A DNA stretch of 64,000 nt from Candidatus Anstonellales archaeon (lineage in GTDB: Archaea > Micrarchaeota > Micrarchaeia > Anstonellales > J096), in the NCBI GenBank assembly GCA_038890615.1, contig JAWAFI010000003.1, positions 20,807-84,806 of the forward strand. Direction: 5' to 3'. Made by a program: the position numbers and the translations under genes. Of this stretch, positions 38,297-47,548 are shown in pieces (position 1 is the stretch's first letter; each line of letters starts with the position of its first letter). The notes under the pieces are model-generated. The model searched no databases. It saw nothing but the letters and a program-made list of their open reading frames with translations, and was not told where the DNA came from.

Positions 38297-38711
38297 GGAC
38301 AAGCTAAGGGAAATGCTGATGGACAAATACGGCATAAGAATGGAAGAGACATTGCTTTTTGAGAAAGGTGCTGTCAAGATAATGAGCAAAAGGGTGGCAA
38401 AGCTCAACATTAAAGGGGCTGAGAGAGGGATGGTAGCCTCAAATGAATGGATGGTGCCTTCGCACAGCTTCATCCAGTTGGTCGGCAGGGAAGCCAAAAA
38501 AGGCTTTGTTGAGCTTGGCAAGGAGGAGGCGCTGCTTTTTGCTTCTGGAAAGAAAATAAAGAAAGAGGCAGCCAAGGGGCACTTGATAGCGATCTACAAA
38601 GGGCACTCAATGGGAATATGCTTTTCAAATGGCAAGGAACTTATGCCCAAGCTTGCCCCAAGGAAACAGAGGCGCCTGATAGGCGATATAAAGAATAGGT
38701 TTTTAAAATAA
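38283..38711 (+). CDS. PUA-like accessory protein (RsmF C-terminal-like)
   Basis: PSHSFIQLVG, VEL..EEA..F..G pattern; overlaps the m5C methyltransferase gene. Confidence 0.65.
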   Translation: MGRAEDKLREMLMDKYGIRMEETLLFEKGAVKIMSKRVAKLNIKGAERGMVASNEWMVPSHSFIQLVGREAKKGFVELGKEEALLFASGKKIKKEAAKGHLIAIYKGHSMGICFSNGKELMPKLAPRKQRRLIGDIKNRFLK

Positions 38712-38728
38712 TCCAAAGTGCTCTCATT

Positions 38729-39355
38729 ATGAAAGCAGAAAACAAAGACATAGTGTACTTGCACTTCACCGGCTACAGCGATGATGGCAGGATCTTCGAC
38801 AGCACAGAAGGCGAAATAGGGCAGAAGCTTTACGGAAGGAACAACGGAATAATGTTCATAGTAGGTGTAGACAAGATAGTAAAGGGGCTTGAAAATGAAA
38901 TAAGGAATATGGAAGAAGGAGAGGAAAGAGAGGTTTGGCTTGAGCCAGAGCAGAGCTTTGGGGAAAGGAAAAAAGACCTGCTTAAGATAATCCCACTTAA
39001 CATAGTCAAGGAGAAGGGGCTCAACCCAAAGGCTGGCATGAGCATGCAGATTGAAATTGATGGGATAAAGTATACAGGAGTGGTAAGGAGCATAAACGGA
39101 GGGAGAATGCTCGTTGACTTCAACCACCCGCTTGCAGGCAAGAAGGTAAGGTATAAAATAAAGCTCGAGAAAGTAATAAAAGACCCGTTTGAAAAGGCAG
39201 AGCTTCTTATGAAGGACGCTGGAGTAGAGGGCAATGCAACGAAAGAGGGCGGGAAGATAATAGTAAAAGTAAAAACAGAGAAAGACTATGAAAAGATGAA
39301 AAAAGCCCTTGAGAAGGTAGTAGGGGAGGGCTTTGATGTGCAGGTTGTGCAATAG
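38729..39355 (+). CDS. FKBP-type peptidyl-prolyl cis-trans isomerase (SlyD-like)
   Basis: G.IFDST, GLE, PEQSFGER, VDFNHPLAGK. Confidence 0.93.
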   Translation: MKAENKDIVYLHFTGYSDDGRIFDSTEGEIGQKLYGRNNGIMFIVGVDKIVKGLENEIRNMEEGEEREVWLEPEQSFGERKKDLLKIIPLNIVKEKGLNPKAGMSMQIEIDGIKYTGVVRSINGGRMLVDFNHPLAGKKVRYKIKLEKVIKDPFEKAELLMKDAGVEGNATKEGGKIIVKVKTEKDYEKMKKALEKVVGEGFDVQVVQ

Positions 39356-40082
39356 GAACGCAAATTACGAAAGGCTAATCGCAACAATGCTTGAGCAAGA
39401 CAGGAAAAGAATTGAAAGCACTAAAGTTTTGGCTGAAAGGATTGAAAAGCTCAAAAGCGCCATTTATTCTGAGGGGGAAATTTCAATAGGCAAGCCTATG
39501 CTAGAGCCCAAGATGCCGCTTCCTGTGCCTACCAACTACTTCCAAAACCTGCTCATTGACGGAGAAAAGGCGCCCAATGCTTTTTCGCACGGCTCAACAA
39601 GGGCCATATTCTTCAAGGAAAAAAAGGTCCATCTTCTTTCAAAGCAGGCAGTTGTCAAAGATGGGGTTGAGTTCATGGCGCATTACATTTATTGCTCTTT
39701 CCCTTTCAGCGAGCTGAGCATGAAAATCGGGGAAAAGGAGTCGGTTATTGAGTTCAGGGGAAAAAAGAAAATGACCAACCTTATTACTGGAAAGGAAGAG
39801 GAAAAGGAGCTCGCGTTCATGTTCAGCCATCAGAACATTGAAGGAAAATTCACCTCAAAAGACAGGCTGGTTGCCTCGCAGAGCTACAGGTCAGTAATTG
39901 CAAGGCACACCAACATAGACAGCTTCCTTGATTATATAGGGATGGAGGGTTACATAGTTACTGTTGCGCATTTCGCACCGTTTCCTTACCTTCTAAACCT
40001 ACACAAAGAATATGGATATGACTCAAGGAAGGAAATGGCGTCAGATGTCAATAACTATTTGAAAGAAGCAGTAAGCGAATAG
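39336..40082 (+). CDS. Hypothetical protein
   Basis: 248-aa ORF with GGAGG upstream and N-terminal CxxC; no family recognised. Confidence 0.7.
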   Translation: MCRLCNRNANYERLIATMLEQDRKRIESTKVLAERIEKLKSAIYSEGEISIGKPMLEPKMPLPVPTNYFQNLLIDGEKAPNAFSHGSTRAIFFKEKKVHLLSKQAVVKDGVEFMAHYIYCSFPFSELSMKIGEKESVIEFRGKKKMTNLITGKEEEKELAFMFSHQNIEGKFTSKDRLVASQSYRSVIARHTNIDSFLDYIGMEGYIVTVAHFAPFPYLLNLHKEYGYDSRKEMASDVNNYLKEAVSE

Positions 40083-40873
40083 CCAATGCAGTTGTGGATT
40101 ATCCTGGCAGCCGCAAAAGGCCCATAGGAGCTAAGCGGAAGGAGCTCCACAGCATCCATACCAACAACATCGAAGTTGTAGAAAACCTCTTTTAGAAAAG
40201 AAAGAAGCTGGTAATATCCTATGCCTCCTGGCTCAGGCGTGCCAACATCTGGGATTACAGAAGGGTCAAGAGCGTCAAAGTCAAGCGATATGTAAAGAGG
40301 GCCTTCAAGCTTTGAAAGCGCCTCAGCAGGGTTGAATTCTGGCCCATACACTAGTATTCCTTTCCCTTTTATGTACTCGTCCTCCTCCCAGCTTATTGCC
40401 CTTATGCCTATTGACACTGTTTCAACCCCAAGCTCATGGACTCGCCTCATAGCGCAAGCGTGCGAATCCTTCCTACCCTCATACTCAAAGCGCATATCAG
40501 CATGCGCATCAATGTGGAGAAGCTTAAGGGAGGGATAACTTTTTTTCATTGCAGAAACTATTGGAGGGGTTATTGAATGCTCGCCCCCAAGGAACACAGG
40601 GAACTTTGATCCTTCTAAAGCCCTGCTTACAAATGAAGGGATTGTGGCGCTGAGCTCCTCAAAACTTGAGCAGGGTACTGGCTCTTCTGTGTATATCTCC
40701 CTTATCTCCTGCCCAAGCTCCAATATGAACTCCTCAACATTGCACGAAGCCTTTATTATTGCTTCTGGCCCTTTTTGCGTGCCTTTCAAATAAGTGGTGG
40801 TTGCCTCATAAGGGACTGGGATCACCAAAGCCCTTGCGTCCCTATAGCTTACCTCATGCCCTAAGAATTGCAT
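40055..40873 (-). CDS. speB: Agmatinase (ureohydrolase family)
   Basis: GGEHSIT, DAHAD, SHAC, DFDALDPS..P.VGTPEPGG. Confidence 0.93.
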   Translation of the reverse strand: MQFLGHEVSYRDARALVIPVPYEATTTYLKGTQKGPEAIIKASCNVEEFILELGQEIREIYTEEPVPCSSFEELSATIPSFVSRALEGSKFPVFLGGEHSITPPIVSAMKKSYPSLKLLHIDAHADMRFEYEGRKDSHACAMRRVHELGVETVSIGIRAISWEEDEYIKGKGILVYGPEFNPAEALSKLEGPLYISLDFDALDPSVIPDVGTPEPGGIGYYQLLSFLKEVFYNFDVVGMDAVELLPLSSYGPFAAARIIHNCIGYSLTASFK

Positions 40874-40893
40874 AAGAGAATTATAAGCAAGGA

Positions 40894-40901
40894 TTTATAA
40901 A
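40894..40901. promoter_or_regulatory. Palindromic TATA box shared by divergent speB and DUF63 genes
   Basis: TTTATAAA exactly centred, 20 nt from each ATG. Confidence 0.65.
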
Positions 40902-40921
40902 AAGGTTGCCATGAATAAGCA

Positions 40922-41692
40922 ATGGGATTCGTGGAAGATTATTTCATATCTCCGATCGTTGAAAGGAGCGGCTACAATATAGTTAATACCACTGTGTATG
41001 CGCTTATAGCCATAGCAATACTGTGGGTGGTTGAAAGGGAATTCAGGAAAAGGAAGATAGCCATTGACAGGAGGTTCATCGCAAACACGCTCCTTTTCGT
41101 GCTTGCCGGCTCATCTGCAAGGGCAGTTACCGATGCAACTGACTCTGGGCTCATAGGGGAGCCGTTCAGCTCAATCTACAAGTACAGCCTCCTTACTGTG
41201 ACCCCAGGAATATACATAGTTACAGCAGCGCTTTTCTTTGCTTCCCTCTTTGTGTTTAGGAAAATAGGAAGGGACGACTTCGGGATTGTGGCAGTGCCTT
41301 TCATAATCCTGCACTTGTTTTTGATAGCCCCCTTCTTTGTAAATCACCTTTACATTATGATAACCATAATGCTTGCCTTGCTTCCTTCTGCTTACTTCTT
41401 AACTAAGTTTAAGGACAATGGCATTGCAGTTGCTGGGCAGGCGCTTGATGGGGCAGCCACATTCGTAGCAATAGAAATAAGCGGGATGTACGGAGAACAG
41501 CATGTCATTACTGCAGCATTGGGGGAATGGCTTGGGTATTTTGCTTTCTACCTGGTCAAAATAGCGCTTGCAGCGCTCATAGTGCACTTCACAAAAGGAG
41601 AGAAAGAAGGGCCTTTCATATGCCTTGTGGTTGCTGTAGCAGGGTTCGCACCAGGAATAAGGGATTCGCTTAGGCTTTGGGGTGGGTTCTGA
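40922..41692 (+). CDS. DUF63-family membrane protein
   Basis: GYNIVNT, R...D, VTPGIY, LDGAAT, Y.EQHV, GFAPGIRD.LR. Confidence 0.85.
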   Translation: MGFVEDYFISPIVERSGYNIVNTTVYALIAIAILWVVEREFRKRKIAIDRRFIANTLLFVLAGSSARAVTDATDSGLIGEPFSSIYKYSLLTVTPGIYIVTAALFFASLFVFRKIGRDDFGIVAVPFIILHLFLIAPFFVNHLYIMITIMLALLPSAYFLTKFKDNGIAVAGQALDGAATFVAIEISGMYGEQHVITAALGEWLGYFAFYLVKIALAALIVHFTKGEKEGPFICLVVAVAGFAPGIRDSLRLWGGF

Positions 41693-42465
41693 TGCTTTTC
41701 CTAGTCGGCGCAGGGGTTTGCTTTGACCTTACAATGGAAGGCATTAGGGCGCTTAGAGCTGCAAAAGAGGCATACTTTGAGGGCTACACCTCAAAAATAC
41801 CAGAAGGAAAAATAAAGGAAATCGAGTGGCTGGTAAAGAAGGAAATTAAGGAGCTGAAAAGGGAAGACCTTGAAAGCCCTTGGCTTGCAGAGAGGGCAAA
41901 GGAAACAGATGTAGCGCTTCTTGTTGCAGGCCATCCCCTTGTTGCCACAACCCATCTAACGCTCATTTTGGAATGCGAAAAGGCAGGGGTTGAGTGGAAG
42001 GTAGTGCACAACTCATCAATACATTCGGTTGCCCCTGCTTTGCTTGGGCTGCAGGTTTACAAATTCGGAAATAGCGTGAGCATTCCTCTTTTCGAGCGAA
42101 ATTACAGGCCAACCTCTCCTCTAAGAAAGATAGAGGAAAACCTTAAAAGAGGGCTGCACACCTTGGTGCTTTTAGACACAGCAAAAGGCTTCATGGACCT
42201 TAGGACTGCTGTTGAGGAGATAATGGAAATGGAAAAGGAGGAAGGGAAGGAAGTGGTAAAGGAAATCTGCTGCGTAGGGGATGCAGGGGGTAAAGAGGTA
42301 TGCTGGTATGGAAGCAAAAAGGAAGCGCTGAATGCAGATGTGCCAAAGCCAATAGTGGCTGTTGTGCCTGGAAAGCTTGATGATATTGAGAAGGAGTATC
42401 TTGCGATGATCAGAAGAAGGTATGAGCGGGCCCAGAGGGATTTGAACCCCCGGCACACGGATTAA
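41692..42465 (+). CDS. dph5: Diphthine synthase
   Basis: EGYTS, LLVAGHPLVATTH, HNSSI, GLQVYKFG, GLHTLVLLD. Confidence 0.92.
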   Translation: MLFLVGAGVCFDLTMEGIRALRAAKEAYFEGYTSKIPEGKIKEIEWLVKKEIKELKREDLESPWLAERAKETDVALLVAGHPLVATTHLTLILECEKAGVEWKVVHNSSIHSVAPALLGLQVYKFGNSVSIPLFERNYRPTSPLRKIEENLKRGLHTLVLLDTAKGFMDLRTAVEEIMEMEKEEGKEVVKEICCVGDAGGKEVCWYGSKKEALNADVPKPIVAVVPGKLDDIEKEYLAMIRRRYERAQRDLNPRHTD

Positions 42466-42500
42466 GAGTCCGTTGCTCTACCGAGCTGAGCTATGGGCCC
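42427..42500 (-). tRNA. tRNA-Lys(CTT)
   Basis: GGGCCCA/TGGGCCC acceptor stem, ACGGA-CTCTTAA-TCCGT anticodon arm, GGTTCAAATCC T-arm. Confidence 0.95.
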
Positions 42501-42561
42501 ACAGGAGAATATTAATAGTCCTTGAAAAGGGGTTTAAAAGGCTATTCTTTTATTCCTGCCC

Positions 42562-43572
42562 TTACTGAGCTGGCTGAACCTCTTTAAGCTGGCCGTTTGA
42601 AACCTCAACAGCAACATAATCCCCAACCCTCTGGTGCACATGGTTGAACTTTATTATGCCTGTATACCCATTCCAAGCTATTAATGTGCTTAAATAAGTA
42701 ACAGGCGGAACGCCGCTTTCTATTGCATCCACTATTAGTGCTGAAGCATCAGCGCCCAAGAGCACCTTCTCGCGATTGCTTGGGGTTCCGTACTTGTTGA
42801 CAAAGGAAGAAATGTACTGCTCGCCTTCTTGGGTTATTGTCTTTTTCTGGGAAACTCCCTTGAAGCCATTCCAGAGGGGCATCAGGTTCGAGGTGGCTGT
42901 GCTTATCTCATATTTGCCGCCATATACGTTCTTGGCAACGATCATTGAAAACGCCTTCTCAAGCGCCCCTGCAGCTACATTCTCATCCCTTGAAAGCACA
43001 AGCAATGCTTCAGGGTAAAGCTGCCTTATCTTAAGGAGCTGGTTGTCAGGCACAAAGAAAAATTTTTCCTCCAGCAGAACCTGACCCTTGTAATGGTTTT
43101 TTAGGGTTTCCTTGAACTCAGTTTGGCTTTCTTCATAAAGTATGGCCATCCTTTTGCTTCCTATAAGCTCGGCAAGCGCTTTTGCATACTGGCCCTCATC
43201 AGGCGTAAGCGCAAAAACATTTGAAGAAGAATAGGAGCCTATATTGATGTATAAGTTAAATGGGTTTGAGATTGAGATGAGGTGGATGCATTCAGCGGAT
43301 GGCTCATCTATTATGAAATAGGAATAATAAGAAAGGGATTCATCTGTGCATTCCACTGCAATTGCTTTGTATCCTTTTGGTAAGGAGTAGTCAACTGTGT
43401 TGAAGAGCTCAGTGTCGCCTATAACTGCTATGTATGTTGAGGGGGTTTCTACTGTGGTATTGTTAATGATGGTAGCATTAGGGGCAACAATAGTATCGTT
43501 ACCGTTTTCCTCTGGAAAAGAGACGCAGGCAAAAAGCAAAAGGAAAGGGATTAGAAAAGCAAGCTTATTCAT
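42562..43572 (-). CDS. Lipoprotein, type 1 periplasmic-binding-protein-like (LivJ-like, divergent)
   Basis: LFAC lipobox-like; MAILYE, F..KYG, DA..LI..AI, GYTG.IKF motifs. Confidence 0.7.
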   Translation of the reverse strand: MNKLAFLIPFLLLFACVSFPEENGNDTIVAPNATIINNTTVETPSTYIAVIGDTELFNTVDYSLPKGYKAIAVECTDESLSYYSYFIIDEPSAECIHLISISNPFNLYINIGSYSSSNVFALTPDEGQYAKALAELIGSKRMAILYEESQTEFKETLKNHYKGQVLLEEKFFFVPDNQLLKIRQLYPEALLVLSRDENVAAGALEKAFSMIVAKNVYGGKYEISTATSNLMPLWNGFKGVSQKKTITQEGEQYISSFVNKYGTPSNREKVLLGADASALIVDAIESGVPPVTYLSTLIAWNGYTGIIKFNHVHQRVGDYVAVEVSNGQLKEVQPAQ

Positions 43573-43621
43573 GAAAATAATAAGGCAAGATATTTAAAAA
43601 GGTTGCAGAGGAACAGCGTTT

Positions 43622-44308
43622 ATGGAAACCGAGCTTATTTGGATGAAGGATTCATATGTAAGAAGCGTTGAAGCTGATATTTTGGAAATGAATGGAAGGG
43701 AGGTCTTGCTTTCAAGGACTGTGCTTTATCCAGGAGGTGGTGGATTAGTAGAGGACAAAGGAACCGTGAACAGCATTCCTGTCACGGGCTACAGAAAGGA
43801 AGGGGGGAAGCTTTGGCATGTGCTGGAAAAGGAAGCAGAAAATAGGAAGGCCTTGGTCCAAGTAGAATGGGAGAGGAGGTATGGAATAATGAAGGCGCAC
43901 ACTGCAGCTCATATCCTTGCTTCAGTGATATACAGGAAGTTCGGAGCGCTCATAAGCGGAAACAAGGTAGAGCCAGGCCAGTTCAGGATGGATTTCAACG
44001 TTGATGATTTTGACAGGGGGAAGTTTGAAGAAGCAGTAGCTGAGGCAAACGAACTTGCATCACGCGGAAAGAATGTGCGAGTTTATGAGATGCCTTACAA
44101 TGAAGCAATGAAGATTGAGGGGGTTGTAAAGCTTCTAAAGGGGCTTGAGCATCTGAAGATAGTTAGGATAGTTGAAATAGAGGGCATAGATATACAAGCA
44201 GATGGAGGCGTGCATGTTGCCAACACAGGAGAGATAGGCAGGATGGAAATAACTAAGGTTGAGAACAAAGGTAGGGCAAATAGGAGGGTTTACATAGCGC
44301 TTAAATGA
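43622..44308 (+). CDS. alaX: Alanyl-tRNA editing protein AlaX-M
   Basis: LYPGGGG...DKG, HTAAH, RMDF, ADGGVHV.NT.EIG. Confidence 0.92.
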   Translation: METELIWMKDSYVRSVEADILEMNGREVLLSRTVLYPGGGGLVEDKGTVNSIPVTGYRKEGGKLWHVLEKEAENRKALVQVEWERRYGIMKAHTAAHILASVIYRKFGALISGNKVEPGQFRMDFNVDDFDRGKFEEAVAEANELASRGKNVRVYEMPYNEAMKIEGVVKLLKGLEHLKIVRIVEIEGIDIQADGGVHVANTGEIGRMEITKVENKGRANRRVYIALK

Positions 44309-44852
44309 ACTCCTTAATTGAAGCAAAGAGAACTATACCCATAGCAGCCATAATTGCACCAGAACAGAACGAGCCCTCTTCTCTGCGTGCATTTTTAGGA
44401 AGCATGCTTGTTGTCCCATCTGTCTGGAGCTTGTACTTAATGGTTATGGAGTTTATATACTGCTTTGAAAAGCCTAGCTGGCTGGCTTCAAGAATTTCGA
44501 CCAGCGCATATTTGCCATCCCGGGTCTTTATGGCATACACCCCTTCCTCAACATAGTCGCAGCCAGCACCTTTGTTCAGTTCATCAAAATAGCCCCCAGA
44601 AGAAGGAACTGCAGCTATTGAATCAAAATTCCCTTGTATTTTTAGGTAGTTTGCACACCACGCAGGCCTGTCCCATGGCTGAAGAAGTATATCAACATCT
44701 TGGAACCCTACATTGTCTTCAGCTGAATATGTTTGGCCAGTGGAAAGGATTATTCCTATATCTTCATCTGTTCTAAGATTAAGCTGGCCTGTCTTAATGT
44801 CTGCAAAGCAGATTGCTATGAGCAAGGTGGCAATAAGGATGGAGCGCATCAT
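44301..44852 (-). CDS. Secreted, C-terminally anchored protein with HmuY-like beta-rich motif
   Basis: Signal peptide; VYAIKTRDGKYALVEI..ITIKY; C-terminal Cys plus hydrophobic tail. Confidence 0.6.
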   Translation of the reverse strand: MMRSILIATLLIAICFADIKTGQLNLRTDEDIGIILSTGQTYSAEDNVGFQDVDILLQPWDRPAWCANYLKIQGNFDSIAAVPSSGGYFDELNKGAGCDYVEEGVYAIKTRDGKYALVEILEASQLGFSKQYINSITIKYKLQTDGTTSMLPKNARREEGSFCSGAIMAAMGIVLFASIKEFI

Positions 44853-44855
44853 AAT

Positions 44856-45575
44856 TTACCCGTACATCCCTCCCAAGTCGCCATCTGATATTGCTATCTT
44901 GGACTGGATTACTGGCTGCTTTACAAGCTCCTTGAACACCTTTGCCTCTGCTTCAAGCTTTCTGGTGTCTATTTTTATCTTCAGGAGTTGGGAAAGAACT
45001 CTGAGTGCTTTTATTGCTGCTTCCGGATCACCATATTCCTGCGCTGCAGAAACAAGCACAGCTACAACAGGTATGTTGTCAAAAGGCGCATGGGCAAGGA
45101 GCATTCCGCTAACCCCTGTTGTTGCACCTTCCTTTATAGAGGTTGCTATCTTCTTTTCCTCAAGGAGCTCTACAGAGGACCTATCAGAGGATATAACACT
45201 TATGCCTTCTGAATCTGCCTTATCCATTCCTGCAAGGCATATTATCCTGCTCACCTTTTTCTCCTTTGCGAAAGATAGTATTGCATGTGCAAGCTCTGCT
45301 GTTGCAGTTGAAGTAAGCACTGCCTCTGAAACTGCAACATATAGGTTAAGCTTCCTTGAAGCATATATCCTTATTGGAGGCAACGGTTTGTAGTTGTGTA
45401 TGGCAGCTATTGGCGGTATCCTTTTTCCCTCAACAATTCCAATAAGCTCCATCTCTAAGGTATCTACAAGGTATGTTGCGGATATGCTCCCGACAAGCCC
45501 TATGCCCGTGAACCCTATTATCAATGTCGGTTTCTCCAGCAAGGCTGTTTTCAACTCCTTTATTTTAATAGTCAT
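44856..45575 (-). CDS. PAC2-family proteasome assembly chaperone (PbaA/B-like)
   Basis: IGFTGIGLVG.I, PPIRIY, GVSG.LL, DPEAA, C-terminal MYG (HbYX-like). Confidence 0.88.
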   Translation of the reverse strand: MTIKIKELKTALLEKPTLIIGFTGIGLVGSISATYLVDTLEMELIGIVEGKRIPPIAAIHNYKPLPPIRIYASRKLNLYVAVSEAVLTSTATAELAHAILSFAKEKKVSRIICLAGMDKADSEGISVISSDRSSVELLEEKKIATSIKEGATTGVSGMLLAHAPFDNIPVVAVLVSAAQEYGDPEAAIKALRVLSQLLKIKIDTRKLEAEAKVFKELVKQPVIQSKIAISDGDLGGMYG

Positions 45576-45587
45576 CAAGTAGAGCAG

Positions 45588-45611
45588 GCAAAGGTTTTTA
45601 AAAAGCTTTGC
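45588..45611. promoter_or_regulatory. Near-palindromic bidirectional BRE/TATA element between the PAC2 gene and secG
   Basis: GCAAAGGTTTTTAAAAAGCTTTGC (one mismatched pair) centred between ATG 45575(-) and ATG 45624(+). Confidence 0.65.
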
Positions 45612-45623
45612 TTATAGTTGGCT

Positions 45624-45782
45624 ATGGCAGGCGGAAAGATAATGCTGCCTTTTTCACAAGCAGGGATAATGGGGCTGTCTGCAGGAGAGAAAACAGGCGG
45701 CATAGAGGTAAAGCCAGAGCATGTCCTCATTGCGTCAACGGTTATAGTCCTTATCCTTAAGGCAGTGCAGTACCTTTCCTAG
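45624..45782 (+). CDS. secG: Preprotein translocase subunit Sec61beta/SecG (below the ORF-track cutoff)
   Basis: MAGGKIMLPFSQAGIMGLSAGEKTGGIEVKPEHVLIASTVIVLILKAVQYLS: AGI..I.V.PE.V motif plus one C-terminal TM. Confidence 0.8.
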   Translation: MAGGKIMLPFSQAGIMGLSAGEKTGGIEVKPEHVLIASTVIVLILKAVQYLS

Positions 45783-45785
45783 GCC

Positions 45786-46859
45786 CTAAGCCAAGAACTT
45801 ACTCTTCATTGACCTTGCTTTTTCAGCGAATTCTGGGGGGACAGCGATTATTACCTTCTTCCTTTTTGCGCCTGCTTCCCCCATTACCTTTATAAAGTCA
45901 GAAAATTCCTTTGCATTTTTAGGTTCTCCTGAATCAAGCACAAAAACATCCTCCCTATCTTGCTTCATAGAGGGCACGCTTACAATGACATCGCACCCAA
46001 CACTATCTCTCACTTTGGCTGCAATTTCATCTGAATAGAATTCCCTTCCGATCTCAAGAACGCCCTTGTAGAGCTTTCTTCCAAGGATGCGCTGGACGTA
46101 TTCCCTTCCTGAGTACTTCAGGAGCTCAGAATATGCCTGCTCATCCCCCATCCTTGCAAATTGGTGCGGGTCCATGCCTTCTTCAAGTGCCAACACTATT
46201 GCCCTCTTTGCCATCTCAGAAGCGATCCTTACAACACGGTGCTGGTAGACCGCTGAGAACATGAAAAAGCGCGCTAGCATAAATGCCTCCAATGATTCAA
46301 GACCGCTTGGATCAATGCACAGCTTTCCATCATTGCTAAGCACCATTGTTTCTATCATGCGGTCGAGCTCTATAACGCCGTATGAAACCCCTGTGTAATA
46401 TGCATCTCTGTGCAGATAATCCAGCCTGTCAACGCCTATGCCGCACGAGATTATCTCCTCATGGACGCCTCTGCCAAGCAGCTCTTTCAGCGAATAATTA
46501 GGGATAAGCGGGGCTATCTCATCCTTTATTATTTCTTCCCCTAATTTCTCATGTGATCCAGCTAATTCTGATATTGCCTCCTCCCCTGTGTGGGAGAACG
46601 GGGGATGCCCTATGTCATGCAGAAGCCCCTTTAGGCGGGCAAGCCCAACATCAAGGCCCAAGGACGAGGCAACCATTCCTGCAAGGTGGGAGGTGCCAAG
46701 CGAGTGGGAAAAGCGCGTGTGGTTGGCACCTGGATAAACAAGGTCAACGAAGCTCAGCTGCTTTACCTTGCGCAGCCTTTGGAAAGAAGAAGAATCAATA
46801 ACCTTTTGCTCATCTTCAGTAAATCGCATAAGCCAATGGAGCGCATCCTTTATGTACAT
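45786..46859 (-). CDS. HD-domain phosphohydrolase (SAMHD1/dNTP triphosphohydrolase-like)
   Basis: FQRLR..KQL, HTRFSHSLG, LLHDIGHPPFSH, DRLDYL.RD, VYQH. Confidence 0.9.
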   Translation of the reverse strand: MYIKDALHWLMRFTEDEQKVIDSSSFQRLRKVKQLSFVDLVYPGANHTRFSHSLGTSHLAGMVASSLGLDVGLARLKGLLHDIGHPPFSHTGEEAISELAGSHEKLGEEIIKDEIAPLIPNYSLKELLGRGVHEEIISCGIGVDRLDYLHRDAYYTGVSYGVIELDRMIETMVLSNDGKLCIDPSGLESLEAFMLARFFMFSAVYQHRVVRIASEMAKRAIVLALEEGMDPHQFARMGDEQAYSELLKYSGREYVQRILGRKLYKGVLEIGREFYSDEIAAKVRDSVGCDVIVSVPSMKQDREDVFVLDSGEPKNAKEFSDFIKVMGEAGAKRKKVIIAVPPEFAEKARSMKSKFLA

Positions 46860-46861
46860 CC

Positions 46862-47548
46862 CTAAACCTCTGAGAAAATCCCTTCCCTCGGCTCCTGCAC
46901 AACTCCTTCCTCGCGCATCAGCTGGAGAGCGCACCTTACCAGCTCAGGGTCTTCCCTAATTGCTGTTGCTATTTCAATATGGGTCATTTCTTCCTTCAGG
47001 GCCTTAAGTATGAGTTCCTTTTCCTTTTGGTAAAGCATTGTGCTCATTATGTAAAATTTTAAGTCAAACCCCCTTATGCCCTTGAAGAGGTTCTGCTCGC
47101 CAGCTTCAGAGATGAGCTTCGAAAGCGCCTCTGCCTCCTTCTCATCCTCAAGTATTATGAAGCCCTTCCTTTTCAGCTCTGAATATGAGGCGTTGGGCTC
47201 TGGGTCTTTTGTGCCCCTTCTGAGGATTTTGTCAACAATCGCCTTGTTGACAGTGTAAATTGTTTCGCCTGATTTTGTGCGGTAGGTTTTTACAGAGCCC
47301 TTTTTTATGAGGGAGCGCAATGTTTCTGCTTCTTCTTTTGAGAGCTGCCTGTCTATTGCCTCCTTCTTCCTGTTTTCCAGCCTTATCCCCACGAGCTTTT
47401 TCAGCAGGGCGTCCTCTGCGCTCTTGCCTTCCTTGGGCTTTGCAATAAGCAGGACTATATCCTCCCTTACCTTTAGCACCTCTATGTCCTTGCCCTCAAA
47501 CTCTTCCAAAGAAAGGTAGGTGATGCCATTTATCCTAGTGAGCTTCAT
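46862..47548 (-). CDS. Hypothetical protein with possible C-terminal winged helix
   Basis: 228-aa ORF overlapping the AMMECR1 gene; EIATAI....VRCALQLMREEG.V.E. Confidence 0.7.
   Translation of the reverse strand: MKLTRINGITYLSLEEFEGKDIEVLKVREDIVLLIAKPKEGKSAEDALLKKLVGIRLENRKKEAIDRQLSKEEAETLRSLIKKGSVKTYRTKSGETIYTVNKAIVDKILRRGTKDPEPNASYSELKRKGFIILEDEKEAEALSKLISEAGEQNLFKGIRGFDLKFYIMSTMLYQKEKELILKALKEEMTHIEIATAIREDPELVRCALQLMREEGVVQEPREGIFSEV

Noticed and set aside
44195..44218. AlaX zinc motif reads DGGVH instead of CGGTH
   Set aside because: As I recall, the Asp variant (QADGGxH) is common in AlaX-M proteins, so it is not evidence of inactivation
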